Shown piece after piece: positions 1-13,244 of a stretch of DNA of 64,000 nucleotides (positions are counted from its first letter, which is position 1; every line of letters starts with the position of its first letter). The stretch spans positions 132,432,001 through 132,496,000 of the forward strand of contig OX597815.1 in the NCBI GenBank assembly GCA_951406725.2. The letters run 5' to 3'. The DNA is from Octopus vulgaris (lineage: Eukaryota). The notes under the pieces were generated by a model. It saw nothing but the letters and a program-made list of their open reading frames with translations, was not told the origin of the DNA and searched no databases. The position numbers and the translations under genes were made by a program.

Positions 1-330
1 TCTCCAGACTGCAACCTCCTTGATTATTATGAGTGAGGCGCAGCTGAGCGTGAGCCCAACAAAACTCCTTGTAACACCAAAGATGAAATAAAGGCAAGCA
101 TTATGGCAATATTTACCAGCTTAAACAAGAAGACTCTCCAGAAGAGTTGCAGGAGATTCTAAAGTCGTCTGGAGACCGTGATTAAACTAATAGAGGTTTT
201 ATTAGATAAATTTACTCTTTAGTATTTCAAGATATTTTTATGTAATTTTGGTAAATATATCTGTTAAAATGGGATGTCAATGTTATTTTCATCCTTGCGT
301 AATTTAGACGACAATTTATTCACTTGTGTA
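1..330 (+). mobile_element. Tc1/mariner (maT/DD37D-like) transposase C-terminal remnant, truncated by the window start
   Basis: Frame 1 from base 1 reads SPDCNLLDYYE*GAAEREPNKTPCNTKDEIKASI...KSCRRF*SRLETVIK, matching the SPDLNPLDY..W motif and mariner C-terminus; contains stop codons. Confidence 0.8.
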
Positions 331-1177
331 TATATATGGGAGTGTTTTATAGGTATACATATGAATGTTTGTGTGTTGAAGTTTATTTGATATACGTCTG
401 AATATGTCAATGAATGTATTTGTCGTGTGGTGATGTTTTCGTATATCCACATTCCTAAACAGCTACTGCGAATTATTTTGATCTGACGTGACCAGAATGT
501 TTTCTTTCTTTCAACTGATTTTCTTTTATTTATTAAACTTTCTTTATTACAAAGCTGCCATTTTTCCTAACAGGCGTATTTCATGTTAAGTTACGGATTA
601 CGTTTTCCGCTGTTTCTCTGACGCCAAGGACTAATTTATTGCTGTCTTCGAACGAAAATATGTGCGACAAACTTTCAAGGCATTCGCTCAGCCTGTTAGA
701 AATAAAAGCCAAATATTTAAACCACACCCAACGTAGTCTTCTGATAATGTCCCAGGGTGGACGATACTTGAAAGAATATAGAATTGGTGGGATGGTTGAA
801 TGGATGGTTGAATGGATGGATGGATGGATGGATTAATTGAGGATCATGCCTTGGATGTCATAAAATATTCTTCTGATTGATGTTGGATAAATCTTGGTTA
901 TACAACGACAATTAAACAACACACGTATGAGAGCAATCTATTAAATAATGGCAAAATTCCAACCAGCAAAATTAAATTTTCACTGGACACTATTTTACTT
1001 CACCGATACCTTTGGTGGTGTTTGATCATCAGGCCGCGTATACCTAGGACTCAAAATTTTATTTTTTATTCGTTTTTTTTGTCATTGTTTTCGGTTTTTG
1101 CCATTTTTTCCGGTTTTTGCCATTTTTTTCGGTTTTTGTCATTTTTGTTTTTATTTTGTATATTCAGATGTCATAAT

Positions 1178-1595
1178 CGCAGGAGCGGCTTTGTGGTAAA
1201 AAGCTTGCTTCCCAACCACAAGGTTCTGGCTCCAGTCCCACTGCGTGGCACTTTGGGCAAGTAGCTTCTACTATTGCCTCGGGCCGGTCAAAGACTTGTG
1301 AGAGGATTCGTTAGAAGGAAACTCAAAGAAGACTGTCATACATATGTATATGTATATATATATTTATGTGTGTGTGTCTTTGTGTTTCTGTTTGTCCCCC
1401 ACCCCCTGCATCACCGCTTGACAACAGGTGCTGATGTGTTTACGTCCTAGGAATCTAGCGGGTCGGCAAAAGAAATCGATAGAATAAGTACCAGGCTTTA
1501 AAAATAAGTCGCTTCATTCGAATAAAATTCCAAAGTGTTGACCCAGCATGGCTGCAGTCTAATGACTGAAACAAGTAAAAGAGAATGATAAAAGA
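1178..1595 (+). mobile_element. SINE family A (tRNA-like head, CORE-like CCTTGGGCAAG segment, internal (TA)n/(TG)n, CR1-like tail)
   Basis: Same layout recurs in whole or part at about 2643-2880(-), 13013-13150(+), 13250-13405(-), 14973-15270(+), 18030-18150(+), 22316-22470(-), 31304-31465(+), 34420-34567(-), 38105-38425(+), 47870-48225(-). Confidence 0.9.
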
Positions 1596-1886
1596 TATTC
1601 AGTACGTCCTAGCGTTTTTGAGAATAAGTGATAATTTGACGAAGATTTGCCAGTTATTTTTAACGTTGATCTACTGATAGTTGTCTTAATGGTTTTGAGG
1701 CGACTGCATGAATACTCTGAAATCTAACTTAACCCAATCAATAACAATGATTTAAATAAATCACAGGAATATGTCAAAAATATAAGCTCGGTGCCACAAT
1801 AGGTAGTTTTGGATGGTTTTACTTTCTAATTTCACTTACGATATAATCCTATATTTCTGGAGGTTTGCACATGCTTCATTGAAATA

Positions 1887-2509
1887 CAGTAATTAATCGA
1901 CTATCACGGGTGTTACGTTCCAAAACTTCCTGCGATAGATGAAAATGCGCGAAGTAGAAACAGTATAGTACTGTATATATATATTTTTAATTATTTTTTA
2001 TAATTTGTCAGGCGGCGAGCTGGCAGAAACGTCAGCACACCGGGCGAAATGCGTAGCGCTATTTCGTCTGCCGCTACATTCTAAGTTCAAATTCCCCCGA
2101 GGTCGACTTTGCCTTTCATCCTTTCGGGGTCGATAAATTAAGTATCAGTTACGCACTGGGGCCGATGTAATCGACTTAATCCGTTTGTCTGTCCCTGTTT
2201 GCCCCCTCCGTGTTTAGCCCCTTGTGGGTAGTAAATAAATAGGTATTTCGTCTGCCGCTACATTCTAAGTTCAAATTCCCCCGAGGTTGACTTTGCCTTT
2301 CATCCTTTCGGGGTCGATAAATTAAGTACCAGTTGCGTACTGGGTCGATCTAATCAACTGGTTCCCCCTCCTCCAAAATTTCGGCATTTGTGCCTACAGT
2401 AGAAAAGATTATTTTTATAATTTGCATATATTTATTTTATTATAAATGCAAAATAACACTACGGAGGAATCGGTATAAGTGAACCGCGATATGATAAAGA
2501 TTGCCATAC
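1887..2509 (+). mobile_element. pogo/Tigger-type MITE interrupted by two family B SINEs
   Basis: TA-CAGTAA...CGACTATC.CGGGTGTTACGTTCC start and GAACCGCGATAT end; uninterrupted copies at 49489-49700 and 61823-62038; the insert is flanked by duplicated TTATTTTT(T)ATAATTTG. Confidence 0.75.
2011..2410 (+). mobile_element. SINE family B tandem pair (GGCGGCGAGCTGGCAGAA head, Meta-domain-like core)
   Basis: GTTCAAATTCC B-box; core GGTCGACTTTGCCTTTCATCCTTTCGGGGTCGATAAATTAAGTACCAG resembles the MetaSINE domain; other copies at 11189-11402(+), 37315-37418(-), 41436-41653(-), 50125-50340(+), 50646-50825(+), 53856-53995(+). Confidence 0.88.
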
Positions 2510-3649
2510 CATAATTTATAACACAGCCATGTGTCTATAGCGAAACATAGTTATACGTCACTGTCCATATATTGTCCCTGCTGTTTTGCTACAATATTTA
2601 TGATGATAATTGATGATATATTTTATTTTAATTTTACTTATACTTTTACTTGTTTCAATCATTAGACTACAGCCATGCATCAGCACTGCCTTGGAGAAAT
2701 TTTAGTCTGATGAATCGATACCAGAACTTATTTTTAAAACCTGCTACTTATTCTATCGATCTCATTTGCCGAACTACTAAGTTACGCTGATGTAAAGGCA
2801 TCAACACCGGTTGTCAAGCGATGACAAGGAGACAAATACAGACACAAACACACACACACATACACATACACACACACACACTCATCTTCTTTAAATCAAT
2901 TTGAGTGATGTTTCTCTGTCCGTTACATTTTAATGTTTTCGATAACTCCTATGCCATTGTTGCAAGGACAACAAAATTCAAACATGCAACTTCCCTAATC
3001 CAAGGTAATGTCCTAAAGGGGTCAAATGTTAAGAGCCGCCTAATTGGGGTCACACTGACCCCACTAATTTTACTGCATTTTAAACTAAATAAATACATGG
3101 CTCAGGCGACCAAATCGGAGCAATGGCAATGAATTTCATACCATGAACTCCCAGGGAGTATCGTAAGAAGGTTCAATTCATGAAGGGCCGCTTAAACAGG
3201 GCCCTCATTGACCCCAATATTTTTTCTGCATTTATCTCGCTCCTGCGCTTATTGACTAAACTATGATCGGCATCAGTGCTTAGCACATTTGCAGAAATAA
3301 GTTTGGGAATTCTAGATACATTCACGTACATTCAAATCGAGACGAATAATTATAAAATGTATGTTTCAAGTGTGGTAAGGTGGATATTTTTATTTTGTAG
3401 CTTATAAAACTTATGTGTAGGTGGGAAACTAATCTTCCTGTTTCGGTTAGAGTATCCCACTGAAGATTTGTAATAGAAGATAGAATGAGATTGAGATGAA
3501 ATGGATCCTATTCATTTTATTTCAATCTCATTTTCATATTTTTTTTGGAAATGAAGTGATGGAAAAATTATGTTAGCTATGATCATTATACATTTCAAAT
3601 GATTAGTACGAATGGAGGTTCAAGTCTAAAAATATTAATAGTGTATTAA

Positions 3650-4640
3650 TTACAACAGAGCGTTTGGAAGCACACATAACTCCGTGAAAGTGTCGCAAAT
3701 TTTCCTCGTCAGAATAAAATGAGAAAAAAAAAGGAAACATGGAAAATGGGCCCCGAAGGCCTCAAAGCTGCTCTCCGCAGGAGCTAGCCTGAATGCTGCC
3801 GAAAGGGCAGCTTCAAGGCTAGTATATAGCCCTACGCTATCAGCAAACAAAATTAGACGCAATGCAGACAAAATACACTGGACCTGGAGCGATGGCAGCT
3901 CCAACATCACTATCAGTAAGTGTCCTAGGCGTTGATAAGAGTAGTTAATGCACCCTTCCCTGTGCATATTACTAAGTTGGCAATGAAATGCTGGTGGCTA
4001 ACCGGATGAATTCTTGGATCATTCAGAGCAAGGGAACCGGAATCCAATGATGGTCCTCTGAAGAGCATTTGACGTAAGCCGTCCTGGTCATTGCCTCCAG
4101 CAATAGTCATCAGACAGCGTTAACTCGAAGCAGACCAGTGAAAAGCTACACGATAAAGATAGCCTCAATACAGCAAATTAGTTATTGGGAACGTCTTTAT
4201 TCCCTGGAATGAAAGCGGGAAAGATATGCAGCAATATGCATCTGAAAAATCATAGAACGACATGCCCCAAACTTTGGCGTGGAAAGTTATACAAACGCCA
4301 GAAGATAGCTCCATTGCACACTGCCAAAAATCTCTCCGCAGTCGACAAACTACAGGACCAAGTACTGCAATACCTTTGTATTCAGTTCTTCAATATCTTC
4401 CCGAAGGAGCTGAGGGACCCATATGTTGTGAATATAGAAGTACTCAAAACTAAACTTGATGTCAAGGAGCCCGGATGAGTCAATTTTACGGGAGCAAGTG
4501 GGAATGAGGTCAGCAGCATCAAACTCCTTTTTACACCAAATGCCACTTATCAAAAGATTATTAATGAAGGTATGGTAACAGTAACTGGCGATGTCCCATC
4601 CCAGCATGAACTTAGCTGAAACTGCTAAAAGAGTAAAGAG
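3650..4640 (+). mobile_element. Degenerate CR1-like LINE 3' remnant
   Basis: Broken frames resemble the C-terminus of the better-preserved copies (GWIL..FR, FNIFPKELRD, K.KLD); ends in CAGCATG..GCTGAAAC plus a short repeat tail. Confidence 0.7.
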
Positions 4641-4932
4641 TTTATAAATGTTTATATCGGCAAACCACGTACATATATTTGTGAGTATAATTCATAGATG
4701 AGAATAAGATATTCCCCAAACAGAATAGAATTTAGTAGTGCTCAAGAGCTTTAGATTTGAGCGGGTAGAGAATTAAACGTAAGGATAAGCAAGTCAGGGA
4801 GTCAATATACAAAGTACATTAAATAAATTTAATACAAAATAATGTATATGTATTGACATACAAAAAACTCCGACTTACACAGAATAGAAATGATATCAAG
4901 AAATTAAAGGGGTTAAAGAAAAGTATTACGAA

Positions 4933-5000
4933 TACAACAGCTGTTTCTGGGGGCCTCAGCGATCCAAATTAATGTTTGTAGATTGTTCCATCGTCGGATG
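4933..5000 (-). ncRNA. Degenerate hammerhead-like motif in a Penelope-like remnant (about 4650-5130)
   Basis: Minus strand CCGACGA-TGG...CCA-GAAAC-AGCT-GTT; palindromic stem III ACAGCTGT; stem I weak. Confidence 0.45.
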
Positions 5001-5274
5001 AGACGAGTCTCCATTTTCAGGGAAGAAATCTTGATTCCTGCGTAAATCGGAGCTTTTTGTATATAAATATATTAACATATTTTGTATCAACTGTATTTAA
5101 TATACTTTGTACATTGCCCTGTCTAACTTGCTTATCCCTATATTTGTGTGTGTGTGTATTAATACTCTTATATGTTTATGTATATCTGTATATGAATCTA
5201 TGTATCTCTCTCTCATTTTCTCTCTATCTCTCCCTCTGCCTCTCTTCATCTCTCTCTCTCTCTTTCTCTCTCGT

Positions 5275-5345
<71 letters not shown>

Positions 5346-5826
5346 ATACATACACGTACATAAAGTTTAACGTGTGATTGTTGTGGACAATATACAGCTT
5401 CCTTTAAATTTATTCTCCATTCTATTTCTAAGGAGAAATTATCTAGAATTTTATTTTTGAAAAAGGAAAGGATTTTACTCACTCATACAAAGGAACAAAT
5501 TTGAGATGAACAACAAATACATAGTAATCTCAGAAAACATACAGAAAATATAATGATAAAAATTGAAAACAATTTATACAAAAAAAATTATATACAGAAA
5601 GAAAGGCTTTATTCAAATTATTCAAAATAGTCTACTGCATAAATAAATTTCAAGTGCATAAACGAATCGAACTTTGGTAAAAGATAATTATATAAAGAAC
5701 ATTTTTTGAAACGCATCAAATTCTGCCTCATTTATTCTTCGTATGTTCTATATTGATCTAACAGTCAAATTTGTTTGTTTTTTAAAACTCCTCTCTTGCA
5801 TATGTGTGTGTGTGTATTTATACATA

Positions 5827-5902
<76 letters not shown>

Positions 5903-6107
5903 TGTGTGTCTGTGTGTCTGTGTTTGTGTGTGCACGCATAGGGTGATGTATATAAAACAGTTTTGAAATTTAATTCACCTTCATTGCGTGGGTGATGTAA
6001 GAAGCAAATAGTTTTCTTGGAAAACTTTCGACTTATATTTCTCCAAGAAGTATGACACACTTCTATGATACATGGGGGTACATAATCATAACCCTGTTTC
6101 AACTGCA

Positions 6108-6185
<78 letters not shown>

Positions 6186-6532
6186 TGTATGTATGTATAT
6201 ATGTATGTATGTATATTCTTTTATTCGCTTATTTGTTTCAGGCATTTTACTGTGGTCATGCTGGAGCAAAAAATCTTACCCTACAGTAGAGCCTCTTTCA
6301 GTAACAACTTTCGTCCGCTTCTTACCACACATCCACACCTGCGCCTATATATATAACATACTTTAATTTCTTGAGGATGGGGTCATAACACTGAAATATT
6401 GAATGTAAGGAAAGTCTACATTAATTCATTTGTTTTCTTGTGATTTGCTTTGCTTTTACTTTGCATTGTTCTGGCAAGCACGTGTGAATCGTTGGTGATT
6501 TTCTTCCCCCGCCTTCTTAGGGACTTTCCTCT

Positions 6533-6567
6533 ATTTCTGAAGAAGAGCTTTGGTTGAAACGTTAAAT
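6533..6567 (+). ncRNA. Minimal type I hammerhead motif (stem II partly decayed)
   Basis: ATTT-CTGAAGA-A-GAGC ttt GGTT-GAAAC-GT-T-AAAT; related motifs at 21133-21166(+) and 58181-58215(-). Confidence 0.6.
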
Positions 6568-6694
6568 CCTCTTTCTTTCCTTTCCTGGGCGTCTGATAAT
6601 ACATTACTTATACCACGTGCTCGTGTTGTTGATTTTAAATGTTTGTTTTTCTTTGTTTGGTTTCACTATATGCATACATACATACCTATATATA

Positions 6695-6754
<60 letters not shown>

Positions 6755-6958
6755 AATAATTGAATGAATTATCTTATAAAGGATAATTCGAAAGATAACC
6801 GATACCTGGGTAGCAAATTCACATCAGAAAGAACACGCTTGAAGCTACGTCCCTAGGACATAGACTACGTGTCTTCGTGTGGAAATTTGTATGTTTATTT
6901 TAAAATTATAAGTATATGAAAGAATGGAGTTGAACGACTAGTTAACAAATATCCTTTA

Positions 6959-7041
6959 TTCTCGACATATGTTTCGAAGGCTGCATATTCCTAATTCCGA
7001 AGGAATAAGGAATACATTATGCAGATTTCTCATCAGGAAAA
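6959..7041 (-). ncRNA. Type I hammerhead ribozyme, intact core
   Basis: Minus strand TTTTC-CTGATGA-[GAA..CTGCAT..ATTCCT.ATTCC ttc GGAAT.AGGAAT ATGCAG..TTC]-GAAACATATGTC-GAGAA; stem III ACATATGT is a palindrome, GUC cleavage triplet, stem I TTTTC/GAGAA. Confidence 0.85.
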
Positions 7042-7624
7042 TCAAGGAACTTATGTCGACATCAAAATGCACAAAAAACTTTTAGCTGACCGCTCTCAAG
7101 GAGCCCATGGCGATAATGAGTGTCTCTTTATAATGAGTGACGTCAGAGTGGCTGAATTTAGAAGAATCTAGAAGTTTCTAAAGGTTCAAGAGTTCAAACG
7201 AAATAGGAAGAGGGAGGCATAAGAATAGCAAGGTGAGAGAGTGCAGGTCAAAAGAATGGTGGGTTTAAATGATTTCTTTTTTGAATGAGTGCCTGTGTGT
7301 GTGACTGTATATAACTGTCTTAATGTGTGTATGTGTGTGTCTGAATGCGTGATTGTGTTTGTGGATGGGTAGATGTCAGAAAACTGACAGCTGTGAGTTG
7401 AAAGGTCTGTATCTGTGTGTTCGATTATGTTTACTGTAGGGAAAGGAAAGTAGATAACGAAAGGGAGAAAGAATCGGGCGAGGTGAGAGGCAACGCAAGA
7501 ATGGATAGTAGTAATTGGGAATATAAGAAAATCTTTTTTGACTATTGGGGTGAAATATAGCAAAACTTTTTTTTGGAAATCGAGGGGTTATCTATATTAG
7601 TCACTATTTATATGAATGAAAGGT

Positions 7625-8021
7625 GTGTTGACATTTACATTAAAGGGTATATTTCTGTGTTGTAGAATGGGTTTTGGTTTACGCTGGCCTCCCCTGGTCC
7701 GTAAGTTATTATTGTAAAATATATTTGTGTCGACGTTGCTAGAGCTGAAATCACTATTTATGTTATTTATATTATTATTAGAAGTTATCTTATATCTTAT
7801 AAGGTATCATATATCGATCCGGCCCATCCTAAACTAATATCTGCCCATCAAGATAAGATAACTTCTAATAATAATATAAATAACATAAATAGTGATTTCA
7901 GCTCTAGCAACGTCGACACAAATATATTTTACAATAATAACTTACGGACCAGGGGAGGCCAGCGTAAACCAAAACCCATTCTACAACACAGAAATATACC
8001 CTTTAATGTAAATGTCAACAC
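7625..8021. repeat. Perfect inverted repeat, 169-bp arms (7625-7793 / 7853-8021), 59-bp spacer
   Basis: Reverse-complement match read by eye. Confidence 0.95.
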
Positions 8022-8379
8022 TCTCAGCCATTCCAAAAACAAAAAAACTATATCTGATTTGTGATTCCTTTCGGGAAACAAATCAGGTCTAATCTCCCTT
8101 TACAATTCCATGAAGCCGTTACTAAGAATTTTCCTAGGAATTCTAGATACTACTCCACTATAAATTCGCATAAAGTAAGAATAGCATTCTCAAATACTAA
8201 AAATCTTATATATACATATGCATAGATACACACACATACATACATACATATATGTATATGTATGCACAAATACTTGCACCAAGTAATTTGCAGACCATGG
8301 TACCTGTTCAGCTTTATTCCTGTATACCTCATTTTTCTTTCGTTAATTCCTCTTGTAAAACCTCGCTGACTACGAGTAC

Positions 8380-9390
8380 ACGTGATAAGACGCGATTGGT
8401 CGACGCTGCAGCAGCTCGCTAAGCAGTATTGTGTAATTCTACAGTTTTGAGTTTAGTTCACGTACGACGTTGTCACGTTACAGACAGTCTTACAGTGTCA
8501 GTGATAGCAGTGTACGATATCGGATTATCACGTTGTCGCTTATCGTTATGGAAGGTTATGGAAGAGGATGAAGGCCTGTTGTGGAGTCTGCAACGGCTGT
8601 GGGTGAGGCAGAGGTCACTCAGGTTGAAAGCCAGTCGTCTCAGAACCCGTATCTTCACCTGGAGGACTACTTTGTCCTTACGTCAAGAGATAAGAGAACT
8701 TCCGGTGCGTCATGTGTCACCTCAAGGAGACCACCATCAAAGGACATGCAGCAGGCCTCTACAACTTGAAGTCGCAATTCAAGTGAAAACAACCAGCCAT
8801 GCCATCTAGTTTGAGGAGAGGATCAAGGCTGACTCTTCCCTTGCGTAGAGATTCGGATGTGAGACTAGCTTTTTTTTTTAGTAGGCTTTGATTATACTCT
8901 ATGTCAGTTTATATAACATTTTAAATTAGAGATTGGTCAAGGATGTCCCCTAGATGGCGACCACCGTGGACTGCTAGTTGGCCCACAACAGGTCCTACCT
9001 GGGGACGACGGCACACTGGCTGAACCCCAAGACCTAGCCTGTTCTTGGCTCAGAAGACATCACACCTTTCATATTCTCGCTCAGGCCATGGTGGACACCT
9101 ATTACAAGTTCCATCCCGCAAGACAAGGTGACCAGGACCACGACGGACAACGGCAAAAGCTTTGTCAAGGCATTTATGCAGTTTGGTAGAGACGTTGAAC
9201 TCTTGCCAACCATTCCAGAGGCTGCAGCTAAACTCGTTTGATAAAAGTTAGCGGTTATCAGTTAGTATCATCTTCTGCTAATTTTTAAAACCTGTTTAGC
9301 AGTTTAGCGTTTTCGAAGCTAACTTTTTTAGTTAGGGGATTAGCGGTTAGGGGATTAACCTTTTGGTTAGCTGTGGTCACAATTCTCTGT
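8380..9390 (+). mobile_element. hAT (Ac/Tol2-like) transposon remnant, internally deleted
   Basis: BED-finger-like RCVMCHLKETTIKGHAAGLYNLKS; ATTVDC*LAHNRSYLGTTAHWL; QDKVTRTTTDNGKSFVKAF; repeated TTAGCG subterminal motifs. Confidence 0.85.
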
Positions 9391-9922
9391 CAGAGTACAA
9401 AATGTCTACGCTAAATTAAAACCTCTTCTTAATATAATTCAATCAAACACAAAACAACCAATATGCTTTGTTACTAACTCTTGTTACTAGCTCCATTAGA
9501 TTCCTTGCTTGCCCTACTTTAGAGCCTATAATATATATAACCTTCTTCTGATATATTTTCGGTAGACTTTCCGCCACATGTAGGCTAATGTACGATTAAA
9601 AATTCATTTAAAATAATCGATAGCAACGTGACACTAAGAAAAGAGACGATTCGACGCGGCTAGTTGGATGCTAGTGATTTAGCACATTGAATCTGTTTTG
9701 CAGACAGTACGTTTTGGCACTGGAGGTGAACACGCACAACCACACGCGAGTAGCGCGCGCAGAGTCATGCTTATGCAGGTAGTCAGAGTGAGAAAGAGAG
9801 GAAGAGAGACAGACAGACAGGTAGACAGACTGACAGAGAAACGTTACCATTTGTTAGTCGGACATGATTGTCAGAATCTCTTTCCTTCTCCTGATACACA
9901 GGAAGAGAAATATGCTCACACA

Positions 9923-10105
9923 TATTGAGAAGAAGAAGAAGAAGAAGAAGAAGAAAGAAAAAGAAGAAAAGAAGAAGAAGAAAAAGAAGAAAAGAAGAAA
10001 AAGAAGAAGAAAAAGAAGAAGAAGAAAAAGAAGAAGAGGAGTAAGAAGAAAAAGAAGAAAAAGAAGAAAAAGAAGAAGAAGAAGAAGAAGAAGAAGAAGA
10101 AGAAA

Positions 10106-10144
<39 letters not shown>

Positions 10145-10145
10145 C
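9923..10145 (+). repeat. Polypurine (GAA)n/(GAAA)n microsatellite
   Basis: Direct inspection. Confidence 0.97.
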
Positions 10146-11589
10146 GTAAGAAAGAATGAGAGAAGCATTAGAATGTCTGCTGTCAAATAAGTGGCCATCA
10201 AATCAGCGACGCCAAATAAGCGGCGCCAAAACAATTGTTACAAAAGGTCTCATACTTCAGAAAATTATACCCAAGGATGAGCGAGAACGTAAAATAGACT
10301 CTGTGCTTTGTGCAAATAAGAATGCATCGGTGGTAGATGATGTCCGAAAAGAGAATTTGTAGTTACTATTTGTTTGAGTAACGCTTTAGTAGGTGAGCAA
10401 AATATTTATAGCCCTAGAAAAAAACGTGAATGTAGTCACTGGAGTAATTGATTACAACGAATGTCAAACTAGTAAAAATTTGTAGCTTGATTGCGATCGT
10501 TGTTCATATGTACTTTTAACAAAATCAATTATGAAAAGAAATATTAACTTGACGTAGAGCACAAAGGAATATATATCGTTTCATATATTTTATCTCAGAG
10601 CATACAATGAATAAGATATCATCAAGAAATTAGTCTTGTGAGCAGGAAATAGATAAGGAGTTCTATATTTGGAAATTTATCAAGTGTAAGTTAAGTTTAT
10701 TAACCGTATCATGACAAATCTTTATTGAATACATTTATGATGATAATTCTCTAAGAAATATATATTTTCCAAATAATAGGAATTTAGATCATGTCTATTA
10801 AGACTGATTACCTCAAACCGGAACTATTCGAAAATATTTTTATGGTCGCCAGCTGAACATATGTCTTGTAACAGACATCAGCTCTATTATAGATATGTGT
10901 CGAAATGGTTATTTAAAATATACTAAATATTCACACTGTTGCAAGATACATCAGTAGGGGTAATATTTACTGACCGTTAGAGGTATTTCCTGTATTATTT
11001 TCTTAATAAATTAGTTGTTCAGTTTGTTACTGTTTTGATTCTGAAATAATACAGTTTTGTCATATCTGTTTGTGACTTGTTAACAATTCGAATCATTTTT
11101 ACTAATTGAATTCGTTTCACAACTTTCTGACATTTCGTCTCACTTGTGTCGATATAATGATGTGGACATATAATACACAGATCGTCAAAGGCGGCGAGCT
11201 GGCAGAAACTTTAGCACGCCGGGAGAAATGCTTAACTGTATTTCGTCTGTCTTGACGTTCTGAGTTCGGATTCCGCCGAGGTCGACTTTGCCTTTCATCC
11301 TTTCGGGGTCGATAAATTAAGTACTAGTTGCGTAGTATGGTTGATCTAATCAACTGGCCCACTCCCCACAAAATTCGGGCCTTGTGCCTAGAGTAGGAAA
11401 GAGTATACAAATCTACAATTTCTGTAAATTAACCTCATTCTTTATGGCGTTCGCGCATTGAATAAAATGAATTGCAGCATTTCTTCCGATTATATTATGT
11501 GCTGAGTTCAAATACTACCCAAGACAACTTTGCTTTTCATCCATTCAGACTCGATAGAAATAAAACACCAGTGAAGTACTGAGTAGATC

Positions 11590-11730
11590 TACAGCTTGGC
11601 CATATCCAAGGCGCAGCGGCTGTGGACTCTGTAGAGCCGCAGCACGGTGGCGGCAGACAGCATTCTGGATGCTTGAAAAGGAGGCCGGTGGTCCCCAACA
11701 ATACCAGATGGAACTCTACCTATGACTCTC
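11590..11730 (+). mobile_element. hAT transposase fragment (RWNS motif)
   Basis: SLAISKAQRLWTL*SRSTVAADSILD.../KRRPVVPNNTRWNSTYDS. Confidence 0.75.
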
Positions 11731-13171
11731 TTAATTTGTCGACCCCCAAAAGGATGAAAGGCAAAGTCGACCTCGGCAGAATTTGAACTCAGAACGTAAA
11801 GACTGACGAAATACTGCTAAGCATTTCGCCCGGCGTGCTAACATTTCTGCCACCTTGCCGCCTTTGAAGATCTGTATGTTACATGTTCAGATATATTATA
11901 TCGACACAAGTGAGAGTATTTGTCAGAAAGTTGTGAAACGAATTTAATCAGTAAAAATTATTCGAATTGTTACCAAGTCGAAAACAGATATGACAAAACT
12001 GTGAAGTACTGAGTAATTGACTCGTCCCCTCTTCTCGAAATTGTTGGCCTTGGACTCTGCAGCTGATTTGTATCACGTTCAGTGGAAGTGTTGCGACCTT
12101 GATCACTTATACACCTTGAAAACAGCGTAACCGGCCTTATGAATCCTAGGGCTCGAGAAAAAATCTTTTAAATCTCTTCTTCAGAAACTGTAATATATCG
12201 CTATTGTTTAATCAACGTTTACGAATACACTTATAGCAGGCAAGTTTCAGATTAAAAGGAAGTAATCAAACCTTTCTTAAAATGAAACGAATCAATCAAC
12301 CATTTCTAAGGAAAACAATGGTTACAAAACAATATCGCTTATAGTTATTTCGGAGACTATTCATTAACATTTCAGGCATAGAATAAACTGAATAAATATA
12401 TTTATCGAACATCTACTACAAGTGATTCTTTGTAAGGTATCTTTTTAACATAACAAGTGTGAAGAAGTCTGTCTGGAAGAGGTTAAATGAGGCATCATAC
12501 TCGTTCAAATTCTTTATAAATTAAAAACAGGAATTGTGACCTACTGGCTTTTCAAAACTTTTATTCATCTTGTCAGTATGAGAAGGGATGTTTGTAAAAG
12601 TGCTAAATTGTTTTTTTTATAAATTTTTCTTTATTTTCTAATTTAAAATTTATAATAGCTGAATAGATAAACATTAACGCCAAGCCTATTCGAGCGGTAC
12701 ATTTATCTAGCTATTCTATTTCAACATTCCGATCAATGATCTCTCAAACACCCACCGTCCACTTATTGAATGTGTATAGCAAACTCAGTTATCATGCTTG
12801 ATAGAATAATATTATCGTGGGATGTTCTTTGTTTCTCAAGTATTTACAAACTGCTGCAGGATCTACAAATATCCACTACCTTAAGACATAGTTCAATATT
12901 TTAGATGTGTAATTTATTTTCTTGATATTCACTACAAACGATCTTATTTTAATAACGAAAACCTGCATTTGTATTCATGTATAAGAAAATCGTACACAAT
13001 TTAGAATACTTTGCAAGTATGGCTGTGTGCTTAAGAAGCTCGCTTTGCAACCACGTGATTTCAGGTTAAGTGTTTACTGTACGGCAAACTGTGTAAGTGT
13101 TTTCTATTACAGCCCTAGGCCATAGGATGCATTGTGATAAAATTTGATACACAATAACTAGGAGGAAGCAC

Positions 13172-13244
<73 letters not shown>

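Larger units (their letters stand above)
6750..8021 (-). mobile_element. Penelope-like non-coding remnant with HHR and terminal fold-back
   Basis: Abuts (TA)n at 6750; intact HHR at 6959-7041; 169-bp inverted repeat at the far end. Confidence 0.6.

Noticed and set aside
2011-2100. tRNA gene
   Set aside because: tRNA-like SINE head continuing into a SINE body; no clean cloverleaf
5057-6366. Many ORFs of [12 protein letters not shown] type here and across the window
   Set aside because: Translations of dinucleotide microsatellites that lack stop codons; no coding signal
6367-6414. Second HHR-like string TTGAGGA...GAAAT...GTA
   Set aside because: Core mutated and stems II and III do not pair convincingly
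7186-7563. 125-aa ORF as a Penelope GIY-YIG remnant
   Set aside because: Low-complexity sequence without GIY-YIG or RT motifs; the Penelope assignment rests on HHR and architecture only
9703-9778. Possible small exon (TTTTGCAG acceptor, CAG/GTAGTC donor) in a CpG-richer patch
   Set aside because: Weak donor, no recognisable peptide and no partner exons; cannot be supported without RNA data
9854-10234. Poly-K/R and poly-L/F ORFs
   Set aside because: Translation of the (GAA)n tract
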